From: Spirochaetia bacterium
GTDB taxonomy: Bacteria > Spirochaetota > Spirochaetia > UBA9216
Direction: 5' to 3'
NCBI GenBank assembly: GCA_963675665.1
Contig: OY776510.1
Location: 2,240,001 to 2,304,000 of the forward strand
Length of the DNA stretch: 64,000 bases
A program made the translations under genes and the position numbers. This document shows positions 38,715-47,493 of this stretch, in pieces (position 1 is the first letter of the stretch; each line of letters starts with the position of its first letter). Under the pieces are notes generated by a model. The model ran no database searches, was not told the DNA's origin, and saw only the letters and a list, made by a program, of their open reading frames with translations.

Positions 38715-39943
38715 CTTTTCTCCACTTTCCTGAAATAGGAATTTATCATATCAAGTTCAAATTCTTGATTGTTTACGTACTCGCGGTTAAATACCGGGGC
38801 CCAGAGCCCGATGTCTTCCATACAAAGATAGAAGAATATTTCATCATGCCAGGGTTTAAAGGCATTGTATGCAAAACTGAACATCTCCTTTTTAACATTA
38901 AACGGGTAGGAGAATTTTCCTGCAATTTCTTCCAGCGGCATCTGCAGAATTTTACTCTTTAATTCGCGTTTTCGGAGTTCTTTTATTACAGGTTTTATAA
39001 ATGTAAGAGTACCGAACGAAATATGAGTAATCTCTTCGGCGGAGAATTCCGAAAGCAGACGTGTGAATATTTTATTGTAATCTTCTTTCCACCCTTCATA
39101 AATTATTATCGGGTGAAAGTGAAAACCTATCAGACCGCCGTGTGATGCTATCTTTGCAGCGGCGGAAATCCTGTCTTCAAGCGACGCGGTAAGATGTTCT
39201 TCGTTCTCAACAATAATATCGGGGTTAAGCGACCATGTTGTAAGGATATTGGCGGGTATTCTGTTTTTAACATGATATGAGACATTGCCCGACTTTGATT
39301 TTAATTCAAGAATAACGTTGGGATTTTTTTCGGCAAAATCGAAAAGGTCATCCATCATTCCGTTCCGGTTTCCCCACATGAGCGAGTCCGACGACTGGCC
39401 TGTTCCTATATGGTATCGTTTTTTATGATCAAGGTTTGCCGAGATCTCCGCCAGTTTCTGTTTAAGATTCTTATGAAAAAGTATTTCGTCAGTATGGTAG
39501 AATGTCTGAATTGAACAATAGCTGCAGTCGAATCCGCAGTTAATAACAGCGTCAAGGGTCTGAAGATTACAGCATCTGGTCTTCTCCGATGCAACAGGGC
39601 ACTTCCCAAGAATAGGGTTTTCAGGGGAACGGTCGGACAGCCTGCTTTCCGCAGGCCGCGCGGAATAATCTGTTCTGAAGTTGCCGTAATCTTTCGGTTT
39701 AAGCTTCAGCTGCTCCCAGTAGTTTTTAATATGGCCCATTGCACGCTTTTTACGGTCTTTTCCCTTTAGCCCGGTATCTTCCGGCTCCTTCCATATTCGG
39801 GATAATATGCCTTCGTCCCAGCGTCTCAGATCGGAAGCTATTACTTCGAGCTGGAGCCTGTCCTGGCAGCTGAGTCTGTATTCTTCTGTTTTTCTTTCAA
39901 TAAAACGGAGATCTTCCTGTTGAAGGAAAGCTAAATTACGCAT
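38699..39943 (-). CDS. Spore photoproduct lyase (SplB)-like radical SAM protein
   Basis: CGFDCSYC, GTGQSSDSL, ELKSKS, WSLNP, FHFHPI, YLCME. Confidence 0.8.
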   Translation of the reverse strand: MRNLAFLQQEDLRFIERKTEEYRLSCQDRLQLEVIASDLRRWDEGILSRIWKEPEDTGLKGKDRKKRAMGHIKNYWEQLKLKPKDYGNFRTDYSARPAESRLSDRSPENPILGKCPVASEKTRCCNLQTLDAVINCGFDCSYCSIQTFYHTDEILFHKNLKQKLAEISANLDHKKRYHIGTGQSSDSLMWGNRNGMMDDLFDFAEKNPNVILELKSKSGNVSYHVKNRIPANILTTWSLNPDIIVENEEHLTASLEDRISAAAKIASHGGLIGFHFHPIIIYEGWKEDYNKIFTRLLSEFSAEEITHISFGTLTFIKPVIKELRKRELKSKILQMPLEEIAGKFSYPFNVKKEMFSFAYNAFKPWHDEIFFYLCMEDIGLWAPVFNREYVNNQEFELDMINSYFRKVEKRWNRQ

Positions 39944-40206
39944 TTAACTCCTTCAAGGCTGCCGAGATCAGAATACAGTTTCCGGAAAGTATCATCATCA
40001 TTTATGGTAACATCGACACGGTAGCTTGCGTATTTTCCACCGCTGCTCAGCTTGCAGTCCCATCCGGAATGGCAGATATTTATATTGTCCAGTATCTTGC
40101 CGAATCTGTTGTAAGCCGAGTTCTCATTATCGTATACTATACTGATAATTTTCAGTCTGAATGAAACAGGAAACTGAATTTTATCATTTTTCGGTTGTAA
40201 ATCCAT
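39931..40206 (-). CDS. DUF493/YbeD-family protein
   Basis: FP..F.LKI, SSGGKYAS, LY..L......VKCV. Confidence 0.8.
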   Translation of the reverse strand: MDLQPKNDKIQFPVSFRLKIISIVYDNENSAYNRFGKILDNINICHSGWDCKLSSGGKYASYRVDVTINDDDTFRKLYSDLGSLEGVKCVI

Positions 40207-40253
40207 ACTTCACTGAGTATCATGAAACAGCGGAAATTTCAAGGAGGGTTGTG

Positions 40254-41024
40254 ATGTACATGCAAGAACGGGCTGATTGGTATAAAAACCCGGAATTCTG
40301 GGAAGTATATATGCCGCTCATGTTTGATCCCGACAGAATTGAGGATACGCCGCTTGAAGTTGACGGGATAATCCGTCTGGCAGGATTAAAAGAAGGTTCT
40401 GATGTTCTGGATCTTTGCTGCGGATGGGGGCGGCATTGTTTTGAGTTTGTCCGAAGAGGTTATAATGTCTGCGGTGTTGATATAACTCCCTCTTATCTGG
40501 AAAGGGGACGGAAGGCCGCTCTGGAGACAGGGCTGGAAGTCCGGTTTATAGAAGAAGATGTAGGCACTTTCGTTGAACCGGAAAATTATGATTTTGCAAT
40601 GAATTTTTTCACATCTTTCGGTTATTTTGAAGATCCCGCTGATGATCTCGGGTTTTGCATGAATGTCTGTAAATCGCTCAGACCCGGAGGACGCTTTCTT
40701 GTTGATACGGCAGGCAAAGAGACTGTTGCGCTTAAATTCAGAGAAGCGGAATGGTTTCAGCGGGACGGTTTTTTTATCATGCTTGAATATAAAATTACCG
40801 ACGGCTGGACACATATTGAAAACCGCTGGATTTTTACGTCGGATAATCCCGAGAAAAAGTCCGAACCGAACGAAGCAGTTTTTAAACACAGGCTTTATTC
40901 CGCAATGGAGATGGCCGGGCTCTTAACCGAAGCCGGTTTTTCAGAAGTCCGTTTTTTCGGTTCTCTTGACGGCCGTCCGTATGATCATAAGGCGGAACGA
41001 ATGATTGCTGTTGCTTATAAATAG
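40254..41024 (+). CDS. Class I SAM-dependent methyltransferase
   Basis: LDLCCGWGRH, GVD, FTSFGYF, LRPGG; start after AAGGAGG. Confidence 0.9.
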   Translation: MYMQERADWYKNPEFWEVYMPLMFDPDRIEDTPLEVDGIIRLAGLKEGSDVLDLCCGWGRHCFEFVRRGYNVCGVDITPSYLERGRKAALETGLEVRFIEEDVGTFVEPENYDFAMNFFTSFGYFEDPADDLGFCMNVCKSLRPGGRFLVDTAGKETVALKFREAEWFQRDGFFIMLEYKITDGWTHIENRWIFTSDNPEKKSEPNEAVFKHRLYSAMEMAGLLTEAGFSEVRFFGSLDGRPYDHKAERMIAVAYK

Positions 41025-41032
41025 AAGATTAT

Positions 41033-42799
41033 ATGAAAAGGCTTTTTATTATTATCATACCGATCCTGTTTCTTTCATGTTCAGGCGGAAGCAAAGATTT
41101 TTCCGTAGTCGACGGGATCCTTGACCTGCGCTCCGGAACTGCCTTTGAAGACGGTTTAATTGAAATCAAGGGTGATTTTGCTTTTTTCTGGAACGAATTT
41201 GCGTCGGAAGAGAATCTTGCCGGGTTGACGGTTGACGCTGCCGATGACTATATGCATGTTCCGGGATACTGGTCTCCTTATGTCCGGGGGTATGGTGCTT
41301 ATTCACTCAGAATACTGCTGCCGGAACAAAGGCCTGATGTCCTTTATTTCAAGCTTACCAATGTTCTTGAAAATTACAGTATGTATGTAAACGGCGAGCC
41401 TGTTTTTCAAATGGGTACGCCCGGAACCAAAAGAGAGTCTTCGGTACGTGAATCGGCGCCCGCTATTATTGTTGTGGACGCCGGCCCTGATATTCTGGAT
41501 ATAGTTTTCCAGGTTTCGGTCTGGAATGATGTTCAGGGCGGTTTATGCAGAAATATTTATATCGGAAACAGAAAGGATGTTGTTTCCGCCCGGGAAAGAG
41601 GCCTGATTCTTGACGCCCTGATCATCGGTGCTGTTTTATTAATAGGTTTGTATCATATCGCTTTGTTTATATTGCAGAGATTTGAGTACCGGTATCTGTC
41701 AATGCTTTTTCTGGGGATGGTGTTTGTTTTAATTGTTCTGTTTATCGGCAGCAAGGATGAGCTGATGTTCAGAACGCTGTTTGAATGTTTTAACGCGTCG
41801 ATCAGATCCAAATTCATATATTCGAGTCTTACGATCTCTGTTCCGTTCTTCTTCTGTTACATATATTTTATTTTTCCGGAGTACATGTCGAAAAAGGTTT
41901 TTTACATCGTTCTGGCGGTGTCTTCCGTTGCATGGATTTTTATACTGAGCTCAGATGCAGCGGTTTATACAAAGCTTTTAATTCCCCTCGAAGTTTTTAA
42001 TCTCGGAACATCGATCTATATAATCTCGAATCTTTTCTACCGTTTTGCAGGTAAAAAGACCCCGATTATTCTGGGTTTTCTCGGAGGTTATATCCTGCTG
42101 GTCTGCGGTGTGGTATTCAGTATGCTCGATAATTTCATGATAGTGCCTGTATGGTCGCCCGGGGTTGTGTTTCTGTTATTCACAGTCTATCAGACCGTGC
42201 TTCAGGCATTCAGTACTTCCGATGCGTACAGGCAGGTTGTCAGACTTAACGATGCATTTATTGAAATGGAAAAAGAAACGGAGAAACTTTATGATCTTTC
42301 CTATGTTGATCAGCTAACATCGCTGGCAAACAGGCGGTTTTTAAATGAATATATGCAGAAGCTGTGGGAACGGAACAGCATGACCGGTACTGAAATAGGC
42401 TTTATTATTGTTGATATTGATTACTTTAAGCGCTATAACGACCGCTATGGGCATCTGGCCGGCGACAACTGTCTGATCAGTGTTGCGGGCTCTCTCCGGG
42501 ACTCAATGAACCGCAAGGGTGATTTTATTGCAAGGTACGGAGGGGAGGAATTCGTTGCAATCATCCCGAATTGTCCCGGTGAAGAACTTCCGATGATTGC
42601 CGAAAGACTTCGGGAGAATGTTGAAAAAATGGAGATAGAGCATCTCGACTCCGACTGTTCGGAATTCGTGACTGTCAGCGCCGGGGTTTCTTCAATAATT
42701 CCCGACAGAAAAGACAGCTGGCTCAGGCTTTTTAAAAAGGCGGACGACGCCCTGTACCAGGCCAAAAAAAGCGGGCGCAACAGAATTGTTTCCGTCTGA
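41033..42799 (+). CDS. 7TM-DISM diguanylate cyclase
   Basis: Lipoprotein-like LSC, extracellular sugar-binding-like domain, 7 TMs, DIDYFKRYND, RYGGEEF, ADDALYQAK. Confidence 0.9.
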   Translation: MKRLFIIIIPILFLSCSGGSKDFSVVDGILDLRSGTAFEDGLIEIKGDFAFFWNEFASEENLAGLTVDAADDYMHVPGYWSPYVRGYGAYSLRILLPEQRPDVLYFKLTNVLENYSMYVNGEPVFQMGTPGTKRESSVRESAPAIIVVDAGPDILDIVFQVSVWNDVQGGLCRNIYIGNRKDVVSARERGLILDALIIGAVLLIGLYHIALFILQRFEYRYLSMLFLGMVFVLIVLFIGSKDELMFRTLFECFNASIRSKFIYSSLTISVPFFFCYIYFIFPEYMSKKVFYIVLAVSSVAWIFILSSDAAVYTKLLIPLEVFNLGTSIYIISNLFYRFAGKKTPIILGFLGGYILLVCGVVFSMLDNFMIVPVWSPGVVFLLFTVYQTVLQAFSTSDAYRQVVRLNDAFIEMEKETEKLYDLSYVDQLTSLANRRFLNEYMQKLWERNSMTGTEIGFIIVDIDYFKRYNDRYGHLAGDNCLISVAGSLRDSMNRKGDFIARYGGEEFVAIIPNCPGEELPMIAERLRENVEKMEIEHLDSDCSEFVTVSAGVSSIIPDRKDSWLRLFKKADDALYQAKKSGRNRIVSV

Positions 42800-42856
42800 T
42801 ATTTAACATGGACGAAGAACAAGAAATTACCAAAAGATCACAAGAATCTTATTGTT

Positions 42857-43015
42857 TATTATCGGATATTATGGGAGAATACTTCACCCATCAATGGAAG
42901 TGAGGTGAGAATCCTCCGCGGACCCGCCACTGTAATCGGATGCAGCTGCATCCGAAAGCCAGGTTACATTGATTTTCGATAATAATTTGCGTTGACTTCG
43001 AGGATTGAGTCGCAA
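42857..43015 (+). ncRNA. Cobalamin riboswitch (compact, short P6 extension)
   Basis: GGAA-GTGAGGTGAGAATCCTC, CCCGCCACTGTAA B12 box, AAGCCAGG, TCAATG/CATTGA closing stem, downstream TTCGAGG hairpin; precedes btuF. Confidence 0.88.
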
Positions 43016-43077
43016 TGCCTGATAATCTTCCGTTTACAGGTTAGCCGAGCTCCTCTCTTTGAACAAAGGAAGGATGA

Positions 43078-43926
43078 ATGAAAAAATTAAGTATAACTGT
43101 ACTTATCGTATTAATACTGCCGTTTATGATTGCTGCCGGCGGACAGCAGGATGTTCCTGTAACGGAGGATACTGTTCCTCAGCTGAGAGTAGTATCGCTT
43201 GCGCCCAATATAACCGAAGCCGTATTTGCCCTGGGAAAGGGCGGCTGCCTTGTGGGCCGGACCGATTATTGCGATTATCCGCCTGAAGTATTATCCGTTG
43301 CCTCGGTCGGCTCAATAATGCAGCCTAGCACCGAGACCATAATTGAGCTTGCCCCGGATCTAATTTTCGCGTCCACGCATGCGCCCAAAGATGCCGCGGA
43401 CGTGCTGACGGACGCCGGTCTGGAGGTAAAATACTATTACGGACCTGAAAGTTTTGAGGGTGTGTATGATGTAATTGCCAGTGTAGGCGCTGATCTGGGC
43501 GTATCTGAAGCAGCTGATGCCATGATTGATGATATTAGGCGGCGGTATGAAGAAGTAAAAGCCGTAACCTCCGGCAGTACGGACAGGCCGTCTGTGTATT
43601 ATGTTGTCGGATTCGGAGAAGGCGGAGACTGGACGGCCGGCGGCGATACCTTTATAGGAAAGATGATTGATATAGCCGGCGGGGACAATATTGCAAAAGA
43701 CATAAGCGGCTGGTCGTTCTCTCTTGAAAAAATTGTCGAGGCAGATCCTGATATTATAATTGTTAATTCCATACTGAAAGACGATTTTGTCAGTGCCCCA
43801 ATCTATTCGGAGCTTTCTGCAGCAAAAGCCGGAAATGTAATAGGTGTGGATGAGAATATAATCGCCCGCCAGGGCCCACGGCTTATTGAAGGGCTCGAAT
43901 TTCTTAACGATGTTTTTTCGAAATAG
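43078..43926 (+). CDS. btuF: Cobalamin ABC transporter substrate-binding protein
   Basis: VVSLAPNITE, VGRTDYCDYP, RQGPRL; downstream of Cbl riboswitch. Confidence 0.85.
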   Translation: MKKLSITVLIVLILPFMIAAGGQQDVPVTEDTVPQLRVVSLAPNITEAVFALGKGGCLVGRTDYCDYPPEVLSVASVGSIMQPSTETIIELAPDLIFASTHAPKDAADVLTDAGLEVKYYYGPESFEGVYDVIASVGADLGVSEAADAMIDDIRRRYEEVKAVTSGSTDRPSVYYVVGFGEGGDWTAGGDTFIGKMIDIAGGDNIAKDISGWSFSLEKIVEADPDIIIVNSILKDDFVSAPIYSELSAAKAGNVIGVDENIIARQGPRLIEGLEFLNDVFSK

Positions 43927-44935
43927 GCACACCGTTTCGATCATACTTTTTCCCGCTGTTCCACTGATAATGATCATATCAGCTGCATTTGGTGCAGCTG
44001 ATATAAATTTTGTTACTGTAATAAAGGCTGTTGTTGAATCTCTGGGATTAGCCGATTTCGGGATTAGCGAATCAGTAAAGATAATACTGTTTAAAATCCG
44101 CCTTCCGCGAATCTTTCTTGCGGCTATTGCCGGCGCCGGTCTTGCAACGGCAGGCGCTGTATTTCAGGCAGTGTTCAGAAATCCGCTTGCCGAACCTTAC
44201 CTGCTGGGAATATCTTCAGGAGCATCGCTCGGGGCCACTATAGCCATCGTTTTCGGGGGCGGACTGCTGATCGGCAGTTACGGAAGCATTACCGTTTTTG
44301 CTTTTGCAGGGGCCATCCTGACGCTTTTTCTGGTAGCCTTATTGAGCGGAAAAGGACGGGGCAACCTGGGGCATCTTCTGCTTGCCGGAATTGCGGTCGG
44401 TTATATATTTCAGTCCGTAATCTCGTTTCTGATGATGCTGAATCATGACAAGATGGAACGCATTGTTTTCTGGATGATGGGCAGTTTCACATTTGCCGGC
44501 TGGAACAAGGTCGCAGGTTCGGCAGTTATTGTGACCCTGTGTGTTATAGTAATCAATTTAAACGCATTGAAGCTTAATATTCTTTCGCTCGGAGCTGAAG
44601 AGGCCCATTCGCTGGGAGTCAATCCTGAACGGTCGGGAATGTTTCTGCTTTTATTCAGCTGCATGCTGACTGCATCGGTTGTTGCGGCATCGGGAATTAT
44701 CGGGTTCGCGGGCCTGATTGTGCCGCACCTGATAAGGCTGATAACCGGGGCTGATCACAGAAAACTGCTTCCCGCAGCTGCGGCCGCAGGCGCCTGCCTC
44801 CTGATTCTGGCAGATATTGCCGCCAGGAGCATGATGGCGCCGCAGGAAATACCGGTCGGTGTTATAACGGCTTTTATCGGCGGACCGTTTTTTCTGATAA
44901 TGTTGCGCAGAAGGCGCAGGGAGGCAATCAAGTGA
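43910..44935 (+). CDS. btuC: Cobalamin ABC transporter permease (start uncertain)
   Basis: IRLPR, FRNPLAEPYLLGISSGA, GFAGLIVPH, EIPVG. Confidence 0.85.
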   Translation: MFFRNRHTVSIILFPAVPLIMIISAAFGAADINFVTVIKAVVESLGLADFGISESVKIILFKIRLPRIFLAAIAGAGLATAGAVFQAVFRNPLAEPYLLGISSGASLGATIAIVFGGGLLIGSYGSITVFAFAGAILTLFLVALLSGKGRGNLGHLLLAGIAVGYIFQSVISFLMMLNHDKMERIVFWMMGSFTFAGWNKVAGSAVIVTLCVIVINLNALKLNILSLGAEEAHSLGVNPERSGMFLLLFSCMLTASVVAASGIIGFAGLIVPHLIRLITGADHRKLLPAAAAAGACLLILADIAARSMMAPQEIPVGVITAFIGGPFFLIMLRRRRREAIK

Positions 44936-45747
44936 CTATCAAACTGACGGCGGCTGAATACAGATACGATCAGGGCTTTCATTTAAAACCCGTGTCGTTT
45001 GAAATAGAGCCCGGTAATTTTATTGTGCTGACAGGCCCTAACGGATCCGGAAAAACAACTCTTTTTTCCTTAATTAACGGGGTGGTCAAGCCTTCTTCCG
45101 GGAGTGTTACAGTAGGAAAGCAGGATGTCTCGGGCATGTCCGCCCGTGCCCGCGCGCGTTTTATGGGAATGGTTCCCCAGGTCAGCCGCATCAATTTCGA
45201 TTATACAGTTGAAGAACTTATTGCAATGGGCCGTTACCCGTACCAGGGGTTTTTCTGCAGTGAGTCCGACGAAGACAGACGGGTTATAGACGAAGTAATT
45301 ACACGCCTGGATTTGTCTGAATTCCGGGAGCGTTCGATCAGCTGTCTCAGCGGCGGCGAATACCAGCGGGTTTTGCTTGCCCGGGTACTTGTGCAGCAGA
45401 CGGATATACTGCTTCTGGACGAGCCTGGCAACCATCTTGATCTTAAACACCAGACAATGCTTCTGAATCTGCTTAAAGAAGAAGTTGGAAACGGAAAAAC
45501 GGTCATAGCGGTTTTACATGATCTTAACCAGGCTCTGCTGTATGCCGATTACGGGGTTCTGCTGGACAGGGGAGAATGCGTGAGATTCGGAAGCCCGTCT
45601 GAAATACTGACGGCGGATATCATACAGGAAGTATTCGGCGTCACTATGAAAGAATACAGGAACGATGAAGGTGCGGTTCTTTTCGCACCCGAAACAGGGG
45701 CAGCTGAATCTGCCGCCGGAATTGTCGACTATAAAATGTCCTGCTGA
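44932..45747 (+). CDS. btuD: Cobalamin ABC transporter ATPase
   Basis: GPNGSGKT, LSGGEYQR, LLDEP, LHDLN. Confidence 0.85.
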   Translation: MTIKLTAAEYRYDQGFHLKPVSFEIEPGNFIVLTGPNGSGKTTLFSLINGVVKPSSGSVTVGKQDVSGMSARARARFMGMVPQVSRINFDYTVEELIAMGRYPYQGFFCSESDEDRRVIDEVITRLDLSEFRERSISCLSGGEYQRVLLARVLVQQTDILLLDEPGNHLDLKHQTMLLNLLKEEVGNGKTVIAVLHDLNQALLYADYGVLLDRGECVRFGSPSEILTADIIQEVFGVTMKEYRNDEGAVLFAPETGAAESAAGIVDYKMSC

Positions 45748-45773
45748 TTTTAATTTAACGGAGCTGATTTCTG

Positions 45774-46481
45774 ATGGATATAAACTGGAGTTGTACCGAC
45801 GCCTGGGTCAGCCTTGTCTTCGACAAGCCTGTTAAAGCGCTGTCTTCGGCTATCCTTGGCGGGGGGCTGGGATGCGTACAAAGTTTTTTAAATATGCGCG
45901 TGGATGAAAATTTTAAAGGGGCCGAAAAAGATTTTCCGCCGCCGCGGCAGACCCTCTCTGAAGTAATACGCAGCATAAATTTACCCGAACCGGCTTCCGG
46001 AATGATGACCGCGGCATCCATGAACAGTTTCAGGTATTCGTTTCGAACCCGGGAAGACATCAGCGTTTTTTGTTTTCTTACCGCCGGGCTGTCGAATGCA
46101 CTTGCGGCCGGTGATGCGGGTGAGTTTCTTCCCGGACAGATGTATTCCGGAAGCGGAAACAGCCGGACGGGCACCATCAATATGGCCGTCGGAACGGATT
46201 GCCCGCTGTCTGATGCCGCGCTGACGGAAGCATTGCTGATAACGACTGAAGCCAAATCTTCGGTACTGTTTGAGCTCGGGGTTAAAAGTATTAATTCGGA
46301 AAGGATAGCAACCGGAACAGGAACCGATTCAGCCTTTATTTTCTGCCGTCAGCCGGAAGCTTCAGGGCCTTTTGAAGAGTTCTGCGGAAAACATACTGTT
46401 CTCGGCGAGATGTTTGCGGCAGTTGTTCGTGAAGCCTTGTTTGATTCGGTTAAAAACGATGCAGTCTTCAGCAGCAGATGA
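45774..46481 (+). CDS. cbiZ: Adenosylcobinamide amidohydrolase
   Basis: LSSA..GGG, GMMTAA, TAGLSNA, GTIN, TEAK, ATGTGTD, GKHT.LGE. Confidence 0.88.
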   Translation: MDINWSCTDAWVSLVFDKPVKALSSAILGGGLGCVQSFLNMRVDENFKGAEKDFPPPRQTLSEVIRSINLPEPASGMMTAASMNSFRYSFRTREDISVFCFLTAGLSNALAAGDAGEFLPGQMYSGSGNSRTGTINMAVGTDCPLSDAALTEALLITTEAKSSVLFELGVKSINSERIATGTGTDSAFIFCRQPEASGPFEEFCGKHTVLGEMFAAVVREALFDSVKNDAVFSSR

Positions 46482-46488
46482 GGCTGAA

Positions 46489-47493
46489 TCAGAAAAAATC
46501 AGGGTATTCAGCGATTAACGCGTTCTTTTTTGATTCCGCCTGCAGCAGGAAATCCCGGTATTCGGGCGAATCAGGGTTAATCGGTTTGTGGTTAAGATCA
46601 CGCAGTACCGGCAGCCACAACTCAAGGAATTTCAGAAAGCGGCTGTCATAAACACTGTTGATAAATCTTGAAATTATATAGCTTACAGCCTCGGCGGAAG
46701 GATGACATAGATCATCTGCATACCAGCGGTAGTCGCGAAGTTCGTCGAGCATTATTTCAAAGGACGGATAATACCAGGTTCCGGATGTATCTGCCTGTTC
46801 TTTACGGCCGCCGCAGACCTCGGCTGCCGCACAGCGAAGTACTGCTTTGCTCAGGGAATTCTCAGCTGCATCGTCGCGCAGGTGTCTTACAGGCGAAACA
46901 GTAATGATTATCTTCAGGTCCGGGTTGACTTTGCGCAGATTTTCTATTGTCTGCCGAAGAGCTTCGGCAGTTTCTTCTATTCTTAACTGTTCGCGGACAA
47001 ACATCCCGGAGGGCAGTTTGTGGCAATTATTGACTATGGCCGCGTTTTTATTAATTAGCCTGAAAACCTGTGATGTTCCAGGTGTAATTACCGCCGCCTC
47101 TGCATTAAGCAGAAAATTGCGACATTCAGCCAGCTCATCATTCAGACATGCTGCAAGCGCATCGGCCGAACCGGCAGTTTTAAGGCTGTGAAACATGAAG
47201 TGCTTGAATCCGCCCGGTGTGCTGAAACAGTCTTCAGGTTTTACCGGGGGCGTTTCCGAGCTTATCATCCGGGCTGCTTCAGCCAGCGAAACCGGGTTGT
47301 AGATGTTTCCGAAAGGCGACCCGAAAGCTTTAAGCCCGGCAGTTTTAAATTCAGTGTAAAGATATTCGGCAAAGCAGGACCCGAGAAACAGTGTGCCGCG
47401 TCCGGCGAGCTTCCAGGCAGGCGGATGAATCTTGACAGCAGTGATTCTGGAGCTGTAGAAGTTTTCACCGTTGTTATATGAGAGCGAAATCAT
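46489..47493 (-). CDS. GSCFA-domain protein (start uncertain)
   Basis: LGSCFAE, PFGNIYNP, NNCHKLP, TVSPVRH, DELRDYRWY..D..HP. Confidence 0.88.
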   Translation of the reverse strand: MISLSYNNGENFYSSRITAVKIHPPAWKLAGRGTLFLGSCFAEYLYTEFKTAGLKAFGSPFGNIYNPVSLAEAARMISSETPPVKPEDCFSTPGGFKHFMFHSLKTAGSADALAACLNDELAECRNFLLNAEAAVITPGTSQVFRLINKNAAIVNNCHKLPSGMFVREQLRIEETAEALRQTIENLRKVNPDLKIIITVSPVRHLRDDAAENSLSKAVLRCAAAEVCGGRKEQADTSGTWYYPSFEIMLDELRDYRWYADDLCHPSAEAVSYIISRFINSVYDSRFLKFLELWLPVLRDLNHKPINPDSPEYRDFLLQAESKKNALIAEYPDFF

